Assembly: GCA_964187785.1 (NCBI GenBank)
Contig: OZ076409.1
Coordinates: forward strand, 69,256,001 to 69,320,000
Reading direction: 5' to 3'
DNA: 64,000 nt
Source: Amphiscolops sp. MND2022
Taxonomy: Eukaryota
Shown here: positions 1 to 14,098 of the stretch, piece by piece
Layout of the letters: each line of letters begins with the position of its first letter
Position numbering within the stretch: position 1 is the stretch's first letter
Translations under genes and position numbers: made by a program
Notes under the pieces: model-generated
Databases searched by the model: none
What the model was told of the DNA's origin: nothing
What the model saw: the letters and a program-made list of their open reading frames with translations, nothing else

Positions 1-3000
1 ACCCTTCACTTCGTGTTTTCTCTCAGCATCTACCAACGAAGAGCAAGCCACGAATCGAATCGAGGAGGTACTTAAATCTACTGTTTTCCTTCAGCTTATA
101 AGCTGAATATCCTATAGGGATGAAATGAATCCTTATACATAGTAACTTTTATCAGAAAACTGCTATAATATTCTCGGAAAAACCTCAGTCCTAGTGAGAA
201 GTTTTCCACAAAAAGATGCATCGTCAATATTTGATATTTCATTTCCTCTTTTTGTTTTTCTAAAACAATGGCAGTCGTTTAATCATTCGTTTTTTGTTCA
301 GAATCGTCCGTGCGAAGCCGCCTCTTGTTCATTGACCTCGCAGGCGCCGTGGCGTCTAGGAGCTCCTCTGACGAAAGTAACTCCCATTCACCTTTATACG
401 CTACTCTTGACCCAGACGTGACGTCATCAGATCTGACGTCATCGGACGTGACTTCACCAAACCTAAACTCACAGTCAAACATGATGACACAGCAGAATTT
501 GATGACGTCAAAAATTCATCAGATAGCCACAGAGGTTTCATTGTCTCAACAGAAGTTGCATTCTACGCTAAGATCACCAATGCCTGAAGACGAATCGAAC
601 CAAGATTTCAACCAGTACCATTCAGCAATGCAGAATGCGCTTCTGAACCTTCTCAATGGAGGAAGAACGAACTTTCCTTGGTAAATGTCCAATTTTGGAT
701 TCCAGAGCAGCCCATCCATGGGCCATCGATGAATCATTGCGACCCATCGATGGACCATGACATGGGTGCCATGCGTTATCGATGGGCCATCGAGGGGACC
801 GTGCTGATCTCCCATCAATGTGCCATCGCGATATCGGTCATGGTATCATTTTTTCACTAATTTTACAAAAAAGTTTTGATAGAAAGGGGATGTAATGAGA
901 GAAGAATCAATTTTCTAAAGGAATCTTATCACAATATTGCAGAAAATAGTTATACATGACTGTATGAGCTTCAGAGAAAGCTCACACTGTTTGAAATGTA
1001 TCAGAAATTGGTCAATGGATTCCCAAATTAATCCATAGTACCAAGTGGCATCTCAAAATGCCAATAAAAAATAAAAAATCTATTATTGAAAAGAAAGAGG
1101 CCTTCACTGCAGATGGAACAGTTCCTCGAGAAACAATACATCCGAGAACCAGACTTGAAAACTGGCAGTTTTTACAAATAGCAGCAGAAAATGGAAAAAA
1201 AATTTAAAATCTTCGGTTATAATCCCACAGGTGTGTCAAAACAATTTTTGAAGTTTTGCAATGTTTTGCTTGAGGTACAGCGGTAAAATATTAATTGAAA
1301 ATTATAATTGAGTCTTTCATCAATTGGATGAAAAGTAATCACTATTTTTGCTGTTATTTTTGGGAAAGTTGGTTAAAGTTGGTTTTGTCCAATTGATTTA
1401 AGACTCAATTATAATTTTTTATTGATACTTTATCCCAGTACCCCAAGCAAAACGGCAAAACTTCAAATATTGCTTTTTTGAAACAAGTGTGGTTTGATAT
1501 CAGGTCATTCTGCCGCCAGCATCTGATACTGAATTGATTTCTCCTATTTATGAAAAGAATTCGCCTGAGATTATAACATGAAAGGTTGCATTAAAAATCG
1601 GCGCATTGAATCCAATTTTGTTATAATTACAAGCTTCCCGAAAAATGAAAATGTTTGAACTTTAAGTAATTACTACTCCATCTTGTAAACAAGTTTTCAA
1701 TGCGCCGAAAGAACTCTGAGCAAGTTTTCAACGATTTTTTAAAGAGCTGAACACATTGATGCTAATCGAAAAAGCTGTTTGAAATCATCTAACATTCATA
1801 AACAAGTTTAGAAAAAAAAAACAAAAACTGCCTGCCTGTAGCCAAGAGTTTGTATCTAAATTGTCCATCGAGTTTGAACAAACATGATCAGCACTCGAAC
1901 AAAAACTTCTCATTCAATTTAATCACGCATAACTTTGACCTACACGTCATGGGATCAAAAATTGAATCAAACAAATTCAATTCACTCATTCTGTTTTTAT
2001 ACTTCAAATTTCCTTTTTGGCTCCATCCATTAACTATGAAGAGCCCTCAGGAAAAGCTACAGGAAGTTCAAGGTTGAATATGGCCGGTAGCAGGAAGGAA
2101 AGGGCCGTACCGGAGGGGGCAGTACAGCACAAACAAGGCTGCTTAGGAATTTAATTTGAGGCTTTGTTCCGGTAAACTGTTCCCTGCCGAGATTACATCC
2201 ATTTCAAATAATCCACCAAAGACCTCAGCCAACTAGAACAAATAATCTCACCAATTTAGCAAATTAACGTCTCTTTGCTACAAAGCGCCCAATATAACCA
2301 GCTCTATACTTTTCCCCAGTGCTGTTTATAGTCGGAAATGCAGCAGCTGCTTTGAACATTATCCTTCTTCTCAGGGATTACTGCTAGTATGATTGTGTCC
2401 GACCGGTTTCCATTCCCGCACAAACGCGCTCAAGCCGGAGAAATAAACCAGACTTATACCTGAAATAATTCATGTCTTTCAAGTCTGGCGCTTTGATGCG
2501 ACAGTTGCGTTTTTGAAGCACCATCTTTGAATGTTGGAAGCGGCTTTTACGGTCCAGAAGAGACTTTATTGGCGTTTGAACATATCTCTGAGATGTCTTA
2601 AAAATCATATGAAAGAAAAAACAGTAGTCATTTCTATACGCTTTAATGAATAATTTCAAACAAACCTCATCTGATTTTGTGAAACGCATCAAAGACATGG
2701 CGCTCATTTAATCTGTTTTTAGAAAATACCGACAAAGTTGGGCTCGCACAGTCGGTCCAATTTTTATATCTTTGAAAAATTTACCTTCTATCAACCTGCG
2801 TCACATGAAAGACTTTTCTATCTTTTTATCAATGCTTTATCGATTTTCAAAACCTTTCTTTGATTCTCGCTCTCGAAGCTTCAGGTGAAAATAGAAAAAA
2901 ATCAAAGTATTCACGCGATGTGAATGGTGAAAGGAGATGGTGCAAAAAATATTGCAGAAATTTAGTTGACAAAAATTTTATCGTTAATGAATGTGATGAT

Positions 3001-6000
3001 AAAGCGAATAAAATATGAGTTGATTTGTAAATAACAACCCATGTTTACAGATTTACCACAACGATTCACCATTTTCCCATGCCGAGAATCATTCCATGAT
3101 CATGGAAAGATATCCATAATGCCATTGGTGAACATGGATGAAAATCCAAGATGCCATTGATGAAAAGCTATGCATTTAACCATAAAAAGGCATAAGTATA
3201 ATTTATTATGCCATAGTGGTGTACTTAAACAACGCTGGAGTAGAAAATTGGTGAACTCAAGTTGGTAGTTCCACGTTTAAAAGTAAATGATATCTTAATT
3301 CGTACCCAATTTTGATTTAAATAAGAACAACATTACGAATCTGATTCAACAAGCCTTTTTGTAAAGTTTTTGAAAGTTTCATAGATTTTATATTTTGATG
3401 CTGAAAACTTTTTTGTAAACGAAATTTGTTCCATTTGAACCCTTCTGATTGGTTCTCGTTAATTGCTTAAATTATCACACTTTTTCCATAGTTAACAAAA
3501 CTTAGAGTTGTCTGTCATAGATCTTCTTGTATGAAGCATGGGTTCTCATCGGAGCCATTATCATGGATGATTATCCATGATTCGAAGGTAATGATAATCA
3601 CCAAGGATGATTAGCCTTGATTCGAATGTAATGAAAATCGCCCTGGATGATTGGCCATGCTTTGAATGGAATGCATAAAAAACCATGATCATGGATGGAA
3701 AGCCCCGAGTGAGCCATGATGGTCGACCTAGGAAAGTTGGTTTTCAAGATTCGTTTCTTTTCCAGGTTTTTTGAGCTTCTGAAAACTATTGGCACCTCTT
3801 CAAATTTTCAACAATTTAAGTTCAATTTCATTTTAAACATGACATGAAGAGTATGAATCCAGCATTGAAGAGATTTTGTAGGTACTATTTCCACCTAATG
3901 CCTTGAGATGTGACCGACTCGAGAAGGAAGTGAACTAAATATTTGTTCAATGCGGGAAGAAGCTGCTCTCGCTGCAGTTTTCTCGGTAGTCTGATTTTGT
4001 CAGAATACAAATGGAAAATCGCTTCAAAGAAAAAACTGGGTCAATGATTTCGCAGTCAGCATTCTTCATACTTTGAAATGTTTTAAAATAAACTCGACTG
4101 AGCGACAAATCGATTTGAAGATTCATTTCAAATAAACTGAAACGTGCGCAGTTTACAACACCAGGACACAATATAAAACTGCACGGAAGGTTGAAAGTAA
4201 ACACGGGTTTCATGCCGGGAAGTCTTGTCGACGAATTGTTTTGGGTTTTGTTCCGGGCTATTTATACTGCTTCTTGTCATGGAGCCGCTACTAGGTACAA
4301 GTTTACCATAGAGAGTTTGAAGTGAATCGTGTATAATTACTATTTAGTGAGAAATATCGTTTTGTTTTAGCAAACTGGTTTCGATTTTGAGAGAAATTTT
4401 CTGCGGGGGAAGCTGCAGAACGGTAGTGATAGGACACGTTTCAGCTGGACGACCACAGCACAGTGAACTAGTTAAAACTGTCTCATTCATAGCCAAGCTG
4501 TACAGAAATAAACGCCCCTCAAATCGATCTAAAGTAAGTCATTCTTAGAAATACTTTATGTATTAGGCACATTTTTAGCCAATGTAAGTTGATTAAGTAT
4601 GTGAAAAAAACCTTGCATAATCAGAGAAAACTCAAAAATTTAAGCAAAAATTCCCAAAAAAGTTTATGCAAAAGATTATTGCTGAGCTTTTCTAAATGCT
4701 CATTTTGAATGGAAATGATAATTTTGAGAATATTTAGTTCAAACTGTACTATTTTTTGTTTCAGCGTCAAACTTTGATGAATCCTTATTAGTGTATAATG
4801 CAAATTGGCTAGACGTTTAAATTGAAGAGGTTTAATAAAAGCGTTGTTTTCAAAGCCTAAAGCTGAGAACGGCGTCAACTATTTTTTGTGCCAAATTACA
4901 GCCTAAACAGTGAACTATTTTCAAAATGAAACTTCAAAAAATTCTCGAAAGCCTTCTTACTTGGCGTTGTAATGGTGTTGCGTGGTTCACAAAATGTGAT
5001 TTGATACTTATAAGTTTCTTTGCTTTTAGCCCTTCCCTTTTCCCGTAGGCGTACTTTTTTCAAATAAGATAAGCTCAAGAAACCTTAAGTAATTCATGAT
5101 GCATCCTTGAAGTCTGCAGAGTGTTCTTTTCATTTAATCTAGTATGCAAAAAAGTATGAATTTTATCACTCTGTACTGAGAAAATAAGAACACTTCGATT
5201 TTTGCAGCACAGCGGATGGTCTACTGATCAATGGTCACCCGCGGTACCCCATTGTTCTCAACTAAGAGCACCCTCTTCAAACAGCTGTCCCGAGGATAAT
5301 AGGTCACCCTTCAGAGAAGGGGGTTTCTCATCCGATGCCAACAGCGAGGTCCCTTTGGGTTCAAGCTCCAACAGATCCAACACTGGTGCCCACTTGGACG
5401 AAAACATGAAAAGACTGCTCGGTCAGACTTTAATCAGTCCATGCTCTGCCGGTTCCGTATCTGAATGTTCCGGAGGTGTTTCCAGGATGCTGCACAGCAG
5501 TGGCGCTAGCCATGGAGGTTCAGTTTCTCCAGGGTCTCAATTAATACCCTCGGAGAGTTCAGCCTTTGTGCCGATATCTAGGCCCCATAATGTTACTGTA
5601 TCTACAGCCCAGTCTGTGAAGTTCCCGACTTCAAACAGCGTTCTAGCGAAGCCAATCCCGTCTTACCAGCTACAGGATTTCAATGGCAGAGAAAGACGAG
5701 CTAGTCTGTAAGTTAAAACTAGTATTTGATGAGCCTATTTAGGTTTGTGAACTAAATTTGGGTTACGTTTGAACTGCCGATGGTCTATGAATCAAAATAG
5801 ATAAAACAAAATGAAGAATTTCAAAAATGAGACACATGAATCCCAAATAAGGCCTCAATCATATTGCTCGACATTACTTGATGAAATTGATCAGATTATC
5901 GAAACAAATATAGTAAGTGACTGAAAAATGAATGCTATAAAAACTATTGCAAGAAACTTGAAATGATTTTCGAAATCAAAAACTTTCTCAATTAGTTTTC

Positions 6001-8539
6001 TTTTTATTTCAGGCTCAGTAACCCAAACTCTATCAACAGTACCTCTGCACAATCGGACAACGAAAGTCAATATGTTTGCAAAAAATCAATTCGTCCTTCC
6101 GGCTCTAACTCACAACTCCCTCAAAACAAACAATTATCATATGATTACAGAATCGGAACAAAGTTTCTCCAGAGACCTCAACCCGAGTACTCCTCGGACT
6201 CTGAAAGAGGCTCCAATCATATGACGTCAGCAAGCGATACGGAGGTTTTGGAGCCCAGGTCTAACATCATGATGGGCTATCTGAATGCCTCGAAATTGTC
6301 ACTTATAGAGGAATCGGAAGTTGCTAAAATTAATGCTTTTAACGATCTGCGAAAAAGGAACATGCATCTCCGAAACGCCAGACCCGGAACCCCCCAATGC
6401 AAAAACCGGCTCTTGAGTAAGTCAAGTAGCAGTCAGCAAACTGCTTCAGGGTTGAACCCAGCACGTGACTACATGGTTCAAAATCGGTTAACAGACCTTT
6501 CAAGTCAATACTTGTGCCAGGAAAAAGGTAGAAACCAGAAGAAAAGGGTATCGTCCGTTCTTTTTTCACAACGCATTAGGAGCAAGAACCGCAAAAACCA
6601 TCCGAGAGCTAACTCTTTGGGCGATTCTAGCGCAAGCAATGCCAACCTTTGGATTAATTCCAACACCCCATACTTACCTTGGAGACGGTTAGATTATACT
6701 GCACCTCATCCCACACAAAACATTACGTCATCTCAGGGTAGCTTAGCTTCCGAAGGTGCGGTCTCGAGTTGTTTTGGACTGAGAATCGGAAACAGCCATC
6801 AAATGGGGTCAGGTGCTCAAAAGTGCAACAAAATTGACAGTCTTAATTTTAATGACACAAGAGAGAAAAATTCAAAATTACTTAGTAAAGAAAAGGTTCC
6901 AGAAAGCAGTAAAGGCCATTCGAACAAAAGAAGGAAGTCTTTTTTGCAAACAATTAGAAAGAAACTTTTTGGTTCCGCCTCACTACCGTGTTCGCCTCTG
7001 AACTCTTTGTCCAGACACAACGAAACATCTGGATCCAAGTCTAGCTCAATCGAAAGAAAAAAGGTCTGTAATATCAACCCAAACAATTCCGGGCCTTCAA
7101 AAAACATGCAAATGGGTTGTTCATACCCCAATCCCAGTCAAGTGCCACTGTCTCACAACAGCCCCCCAACCAGTTTCTTGAACAACCCATACGAGAATTA
7201 CCACTCAATTTTCTACAGCACCGAGGGCCCCCAGCCTGCAGTTAAGTCCATGAGTAGAATGGGTCTATCGCTCAACCTTCAATGCAACAGTTTGGGAGGA
7301 CAACAAAACCCGATGTCCGATTCCGACAGTGGAATCGAGAGTTTGGCCTCGTCTACCAATCACAAGTACAATCAACTTCGTGGCATCATCAACAGCCGAA
7401 GTTTTGGCCACAGTTATGACTCTATAGCTGACATTCGGTAATTTTTTAAAAATCTTATTCATATTTCTTGATTTTCACTCTGACTTGTTTACACTCCAAA
7501 TGAACACATACTAAAATAAAGAAAATGATAATTTTTGAAGATTTCATATGTCCTATTTTTAGTCGGCGTTTTCGAAGAAAATCCCGACTCTTACAGTGGC
7601 TAGTTTTTTTTCGTCAGTTCAACGCGAACGTCCACTTTTTGTGCATTAAGGCAATTAATGCACATTTACAAATTTTTACCATATGTACTTAGTACTTCAT
7701 TTTCAACGTATCCAAAGTGTCTAACATGAGATAAAAAGCGTCCCCCCTTTTACATTTTTCGGCACTATGCGACTTACCGGAAAATTCGAAAAAAAAATTC
7801 AAAAAAAATTCGGAAATTTTTTTCTCAATTTTTAGTTTTTTGAGAGCTTTTGTTGTCTCCAGTTGTAGAAAAAGTGGTTTTCGAGTCTTTTTGAGCCTTA
7901 GATATGGCGCCGACTTGGGCCGTTCCCGGCTTGTTACCACTTGAAGTGAAAGGTAATAAAAAAATAAGCTCATTTAAGGTTTTTTAGTGAAGCTTTTTTG
8001 ATATACAGATCCCATAAAAGCCATTAAAATTTGCGAAAACAATCACCTCATGTTGGCCTTTTGCCCTACAAGTCTTCATTTATTATTCCAGAGTGACCCC
8101 ACACATGAACTACCCACAACAACGTCTCCCTCAACTACCCAGAAGTGACTCATGCCACCAGTACAACAACAGGTCATGCAGTCGACACAACTCACAGTCG
8201 CATGCCTACTTCGGGGTCAACTCGGGTCACCACTCTGACCAAGAAACTGACCGCCGCAGTTGCTGTTCCTTCCAGAGATACATGCACCAAAACACGCAAA
8301 ACCGTCAAACCCCCCAACCTCTGCGATCACAAACCTTCGTTCTACCCACCCAGCAAACCATTGGGCGTTTTTCATGTGGACATTCGGCTCAGTTTCAAGA
8401 GCAATGGGTCGATGGCTTCAAACCTAGCAACTTGAACTCAAGTGAAGTTACAGCAAGTCGAAAACACACGGCCGATCAAGATCCTCAGAAATTTGCAGAA
8501 ACTTTATCTCAAAAACTGCAGCATTTAAAAATGAAATAG
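1..8539 (+). CDS. kif26: Kinesin-11 (KIF26-like) protein, 5'-truncated by the window; exons <1-67, 302-680, 4371-4533, 5208-5707, 6013-7437, 8092-8539
   Basis: GT-AG junctions join in phase. Translation gives LHFVFSLSIYQRR...RSRLLFIDLAG...HSAMQNALLNLLNGGRTNFP...KLVSILREIFCGGSCRTVVIGHVSAG...ELVKTVSFIAKL. This matches the C-terminal half of the kinesin motor as recalled for KIF26 (FTLHIYQ, RSRLHLIDLG, LSALGNVILALVNG, KL.MLLRE...CRTTMIAHIS). A long Ser-rich tail follows; AATAAA at 8588-8593. Confidence 0.8.
705..845. repeat. CCCATCGATGG-rich short repeat (MITE-like fragment)
   Basis: Repeated ccatcgatgg units; a similar patch occurs at about 39800-39880. Confidence 0.4.
1224..1492. mobile_element. 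Fold-back/MITE-like element (long imperfect inverted repeat)
   Basis: gaagttttgc..gttttgcttgaggtac..aattataattgagtct..atcaattgga is mirrored by tccaattgat..agactcaattataatt..gtaccccaagcaaaac..gcaaaacttc. Confidence 0.6.
7556..7935 (+). mobile_element. DINE-1/HINE-like non-autonomous element, family A
   Basis: Starts TTTTAGTCGGCG with a nearby inverted copy (CCCGACT). Ends CGCCGACTT + short hairpin + CTTGTT, with internal cccct...tttttcggcact repeats. Confidence 0.6.
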
Positions 8540-10596
8540 ACTAAAATACACACTTTGTAGCATTGTAGCAAATTGTTCTTAATTTTGAATAAAGTAATTG
8601 CAGAGCAAACCCCAGATGAAGTTAAATAGATGTGAAGCCAAATAACGAGAAATTTTATTTTTGATTGTTTTCATTTTTCTTTTTTTAAAAAAAAAAACAG
8701 AACGGCGTATAGGACAATCAAAAAAGACAAGTTCTGAATTGTTAAGTTAGAAGTAAATAGAAACATTTCGCTGGACTCAACAATGTTATATAACAGAGTG
8801 ATAGTCTCCGAATGTTCTTCCGACACTAGACAAGACATTTTTTTCTGGGCGAATTCTAGAACTTGCAAGAGGCATGACAAAGATCGTGGAGAAGCAAAAA
8901 TTTTGTCTTTCGTGGGCAAGCTTTTTTCGTCAGGGTCTTTGAAGCGTCCACTTTTATAAATTTCCCGAGACAAAGGAATCCGCTATCCAGGACGCTTCTT
9001 CAGTGAGAAATCCTCCACTGTTTGTTTGAAAAAGTGGCTCAAATTGATATCGAACCTCCATAAAAGTAACAAGAAATTCTAATTTTCAAACTTCAGCAAT
9101 TTATGTACAATTTGTGCAATTTATGAAAAAAATCCCTATATTAGTGTAGCTGGTTTGAATATTCACGACGTTCGAATTCACAAAAATGCATCTTTAGTAT
9201 AATTAGGAAATTGGCGATTTTTTTAAATAGAGAAAGTACTTTTTTCAAGAGCCGAATCAAGTTTTTTTGTAGTACTTTCTTCCAATGTATTTCAAAGCAA
9301 GGCGTGAAATCAGTTGAAAAGTGTAGAAGTTTTCACAATCGAACCTTAAGAACGTGTCCCAGCTATTTTACTTCGGGGCGGAAAAATACCGATGCTCAGT
9401 CGGCGTCTCGTTATGGAATCCACCGACTGAAAATCCATCGCAACAAACTAGAAACAAAAAACAAACTACAAAGAGAAATGGTAAATCAAAAGAAAACAAG
9501 GTCCATGGTTGTAGTCGGACTCACCTTAACACCTGAAGCACAAAAACTATGCGTTCCCTTGTTGAACTTGCGTGCACTTTTAACATGTTTTTCAGAGTTA
9601 CCAAAGTTTTTACTGTTAACAATTTCGCTGCAATTTTAATGCCAATAGTTATAAACTGCAATCTAGCGTCATCTGCTTCGTGCTATTTGAGAAGCGGTGA
9701 TGTCATCAGACGAGTAGTTGTATTGAAAAACTTGATCGTATCGGTAACAGTGTGAAATATTTTGAAATTTGATTACAATAGTGGAGATTGCAGTGTAGTT
9801 ATACATGATTTACTAAAAGATCCTTACTGAATTCAACCACTGGAACTTTACTGAATTTTTTTAGGTTTTGTGAAAAACTACCCTGAATGCACTGCGTGGC
9901 ACGCCTGGAGCATGTAAAAAGTTCCATCTAGCGTTGACGACGCTGGGCAGATTCTGAAAGGATTGACTGGTTACAAAAAATGGTTGTCTCAAACCTAATG
10001 ACGAGTTTCGGCGGGATTTCAATGATATTAGAATTTTTTTAAAACTTACATGATATCACTAAAACATTCCAATAAAGGTTTTATCACAAAAAAGACGATA
10101 TTTTTGAATCCAGAGAGACTGTCATTTTTCAAACACCAATCAAATTTAAATAGGATTGAATATCTTCTCCTCCGTTTGCCATGAAAATTGTTTTTTGTAT
10201 GTTTTTCCCTTGAAGAATTTCTAAATTTTTCCCTCAGAGAATTCCGAATCTTTTTGCGGCATTTTTAGTTCTATGTGAATGATAAAAATAGTGCTGAATG
10301 CTGAACAATTTCATGATTGTTCCGATAAGCATAGTTTTCAGAAACAGCTAAGGATCACAATTTTGCTCAATAATTTAGTCGAATTTGCTTTTCGATCCCA
10401 TATCAGTCAATGATGTTGCAGGTTTTGAGGAAATAAAACGTTACCAATAGTATTCATTCAGCACGCTTAAGTTTGAATGTTTTTTCAAACACTATGGTAG
10501 GCATCATACAATGTTCATTCATCAGCTACAACGTTGGTGGTACACAATGTTTGGCTTCTATAGAAACACCGGTTGCTAAGTGGTGAAACTAAAATA

Positions 10597-11654
10597 AACA
10601 AGCTGGGAACGTCTAAAGGCGGCGCTATATCTATAGCTCGAAAAGTGCGAAGTTTTTGAAATTTGCGTAGAACGTTTTCATAAAAAACTGTTTTCGATCC
10701 TCCGCCTCCTCCTTCGTAAAACGTAATATAGTTCGGATATAACGTTTGAAATTCGGATATACGGATATAACACTTTATTCCGGATATTGGGCCAAAAATT
10801 CGGGTAGTGTTGAAAAAATTTTGTGGGTATATATTGAGAACCTAATTTCAGACGACAAATAGTCATTTTCGAAAATCTCACAATGCCAAAAATTGTAAAA
10901 GGGGGACCTATTGGGCTACTTGAAAACCCAGTTTGTTGCAAAATACCAAAAACATTGAAAAGTTTTCCCTTTGGAGGCATTTGAAAATTTTTGAAAAAAA
11001 AACGAAAACAGAATTTTGAACAGTCGCAGAGTGCCAAAAAATGTGAAAGAGGGGACCCTTCGGGATTTATTAACATCCATTCTGTTACAAAATATCAAAA
11101 AGATGAAAGTTACTATGTTTTCGAGGTTCTGGACGTCAGTTTTGTTTTGGACGAGGTTCTGACGTTTCCAGTTTGCTTGGACATGTATAGTTCAAATTGA
11201 ACAAAGGATCAAAAAAAGTGGATCTTTCAGTGCGAGGTCTGTGGTCTGGAGAAAAACAAGTCGGCAACGGCCCAAGTCGGCGCCATAATTAAGGCTCAAC
11301 AAATGATGTGGAATTTTGGTGAAAAATTGGAAAAAAATTTTTGGGAAAAAAGAAAACGTTCAATCCGAACTTTGAAAACGTTATACCAGAACTTTGAAAA
11401 CGTTGCATCCGAATTTTCACTTTGAAAACGTTTCATTCATTAAAACGTTATATCCGAACTGAAATTCGGGTTGACCTCTCGGGTAAAAGGTGAACAAATG
11501 AACAACATAAGTGGACCAATCAGAGTGAAGTGAAAAAATACCCACTGTAATAGTCGGGCTTTTTTCCTTCAGGGAAAAGTCGCCGACCAAAAAAGAAAAA
11601 AGGATCACTGTAAGAGTTGGGCATTTGTTGCTTCACGAAAAGCGCCGACTAAAA
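10597..11654 (-). mobile_element. HINE-like family A, tandem/nested copies
   Basis: aacaag...ggcgctatatcta start, repeated aaagggggaccc units, second aacaagtcggcaacggcccaagtcggcgcc near 11255, end gcgccgactaaaa. Confidence 0.55.
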
Positions 11655-11769
11655 AATTCCAAATTTTTCAGCAACAAAGTGTTTGATAAAATGGTTCAAT
11701 AAAAAATTTTTTTCTGACTTCAAACGTCAATCGTTTTGTAATCGTTTAATTTGTATGCAGGCTTCCACA

Positions 11770-12394
11770 TTTTTAGTCGGCGCGTTTTCCTTTTGAAGAA
11801 AAATGCCCGACTATAGCAGTGCCCTTTCAACATTTTTCGGCACTTTGCAACATTTTTCGAAAGAAAAAAATTTTTCAAAAATTTCAAGTTTTTTTCCAAA
11901 AATGTTTAGTTCTTTTTGAGCCTTAGATATAGCGCCGACGTATTCATAGTGTTTTTTTTCTTCAGACCACAAACCTCACACTGATCGGTTCACTTTTTGG
12001 AAACATTCCTGGAACCACCTAAGGCCAAGTCCGGCCAAGGCAAACTTAGTCCAAAGGGTCCCCCTTTCATTTTTACTTTTTCAAGGAAACCTACAAAACC
12101 GGACGTGCCTAAAGGGTCCCCCAATTCGATTTTTTTCGGCACTGTGCGACTTTTTTTCGGAACTTTTTTAATGTCTCCAAATTTTTTCAATGTCTCCCCC
12201 CTTCGAACTTTTTGATATTTTGCAACAGAATGTATGTTAATAAATCAAAAAGGGTCCACCTTTTATGTTTTTTGGCACTAAGCAACATTTTTAGAAAGAA
12301 AACAATTCAAAAATTTCAAGTTTTTTTCCAAGAAAATGTTTTGCGCTTTTTGAGCTTTAGATATAGCGCCGACTTCAGACGTTCGCGTCTTGTT
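11770..12394 (+). mobile_element. HINE-like family A copy/copies
   Basis: ttttagtcggcgcg...cccgact start; gatatagcgccgacttcagacgttcgcgtcttgtt end. Confidence 0.6.
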
Positions 12395-14098
12395 TGCTAC
12401 TAACTTGAAAACTAACTGGTCAGGGAAAACTTTTTGTCTATATTTTTTGAGTAAAAATAATGAGTTGAAAAAAAACATTTGAAAATCCTTTGGTTTCAAA
12501 AATTTTATTCAACATTACGAGTGAACCGATAGCGGGCAAAAGATTCAATGAAAAAATCGACGCCACTCAAAAATGAACGCCACTTTTTTAAAAACAAAGA
12601 ATGAGAGTTAAAAAATATTAACGAAATTTTAGAAATTTTACATTCTACTGAACCATTTTTCGAAAAAAATGCACAACCAGAATTCACCCACCTTCCGTTT
12701 TGTAAATACTTCACGAAAAAATTTCAACACAGCTAACGTTTTCGATATATCCTCAAGCGGAGGCAATTGCTCTTTGAATGCTCTTAACTTTTGCTCTATG
12801 AATGTGATCAGTTTTTTTCACATCACTTCTTGATCGATTTTTAGGAAACGTTTCTTGAAGATAACACGATTCAAATTCCAATATTCAACGCGCAGTCAAT
12901 CCTTGGTCGTTTACAACAATACAGTGACTTGAAGTTGACTCCTAAACTGGATAGTGTAGTTTTTTTTTCCATTTTTCGCCCATTATCCGTACCTGTTACT
13001 TACTTTTCCAAGTCTTTTCCAAAAGTTGCCATGTTTCAAAACTATTCCCAAATTATAGAGGTTCTTCCACAGAATACAACTAACATAAAATGAGGTTCGT
13101 CGCATACGTATTTCTGCAGATATTTGAGGTTTTTGGATATGACCAAAACAATCCCAAAAAGATACCAAAAGGATCCCAAGAACGTCATAAATCCCAAAGT
13201 TTTCAAAGTTTGATCTTTTGAAGTAACTTGTAGTTATTGAAGTCCTCGAGGGGTAAGAACATCCACTATTTCAACAACGAACAATCAAACTATTTTGTAG
13301 AAGAAATTTGAAATTTCTATGCAGAATACGCACACGAAATGGCAACACAAAAGATAACTTTGGTCAATTTCAAAGGTGTTGAGCTATATATGTACTTTTT
13401 TTTCGACCAGTTGCGTGCCTTTGAAAAATCAATGCTTTTGAGAAACAACTATACTTTTTCGGAAAAAAACAACGTTATTTTTTGATGAAATCGAATGTCA
13501 GCAGTATCAAAAACTGCCAAGAACGTGTCATCTTTGGACCGTTTATTTGGACCGCTTTTATAACACCCTTTGCATGTTTTTGGATATCACTATCCAGTGA
13601 GTTCAAAAACAATCAGCAGAACTCAGAAAAGCAAAATTTGGCAATTCGGCATACTTTTCATGGGATATTAACTTTTCATCGGTAATATATGGGAAATAAG
13701 CAAAAAAATTCGAAGGTGCTTTGCAGTTTTTATGCAATTGTTGTTGTTTCAGTGGGTATCAAGATCCATTTGAATGGAACACTCATTAAATTAACTGAAC
13801 GAATGAACTTCGTCTACTTAGTTTTCGTGTGAATTAAAACGGAGTTTTTTTCGGGAAGATTGTGTAGAAAACAATGAAATTTTTTGGGGATCCCTGGTTG
13901 GAACTGCTTGAACTTTCTACATGTTTTTGTAGGCAATCTCGACTAGGAAGAATAGTGTAGCCGTTAAATCAATAGGTTGGACTTAAGAAAAAAGAAATGA
14001 ACGACAACGAGTAATCAGACCTTCGTGATTTTGCGAAAAACGCTTCGAAATCACAGCTTCAAGAACATTTGGCTGGATTTTTGGTCATTGTAACTTGC

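Noticed and set aside
415..512. Cluster of TGACGTCA (CRE-like) sites
   Set aside because: They lie in a coding exon and are explained by repeated V/L/M-T-S codons; no independent evidence of regulation.
2384..2707. 107-aa minus-strand ORF in the kinesin intron
   Set aside because: No recognisable motif or splice context.
10678..12499. Several 60-130 aa ORFs (also 38654-39420, 41256-41790)
   Set aside because: Phe/Lys-rich translations of the HINE-like repeats in multiple frames.
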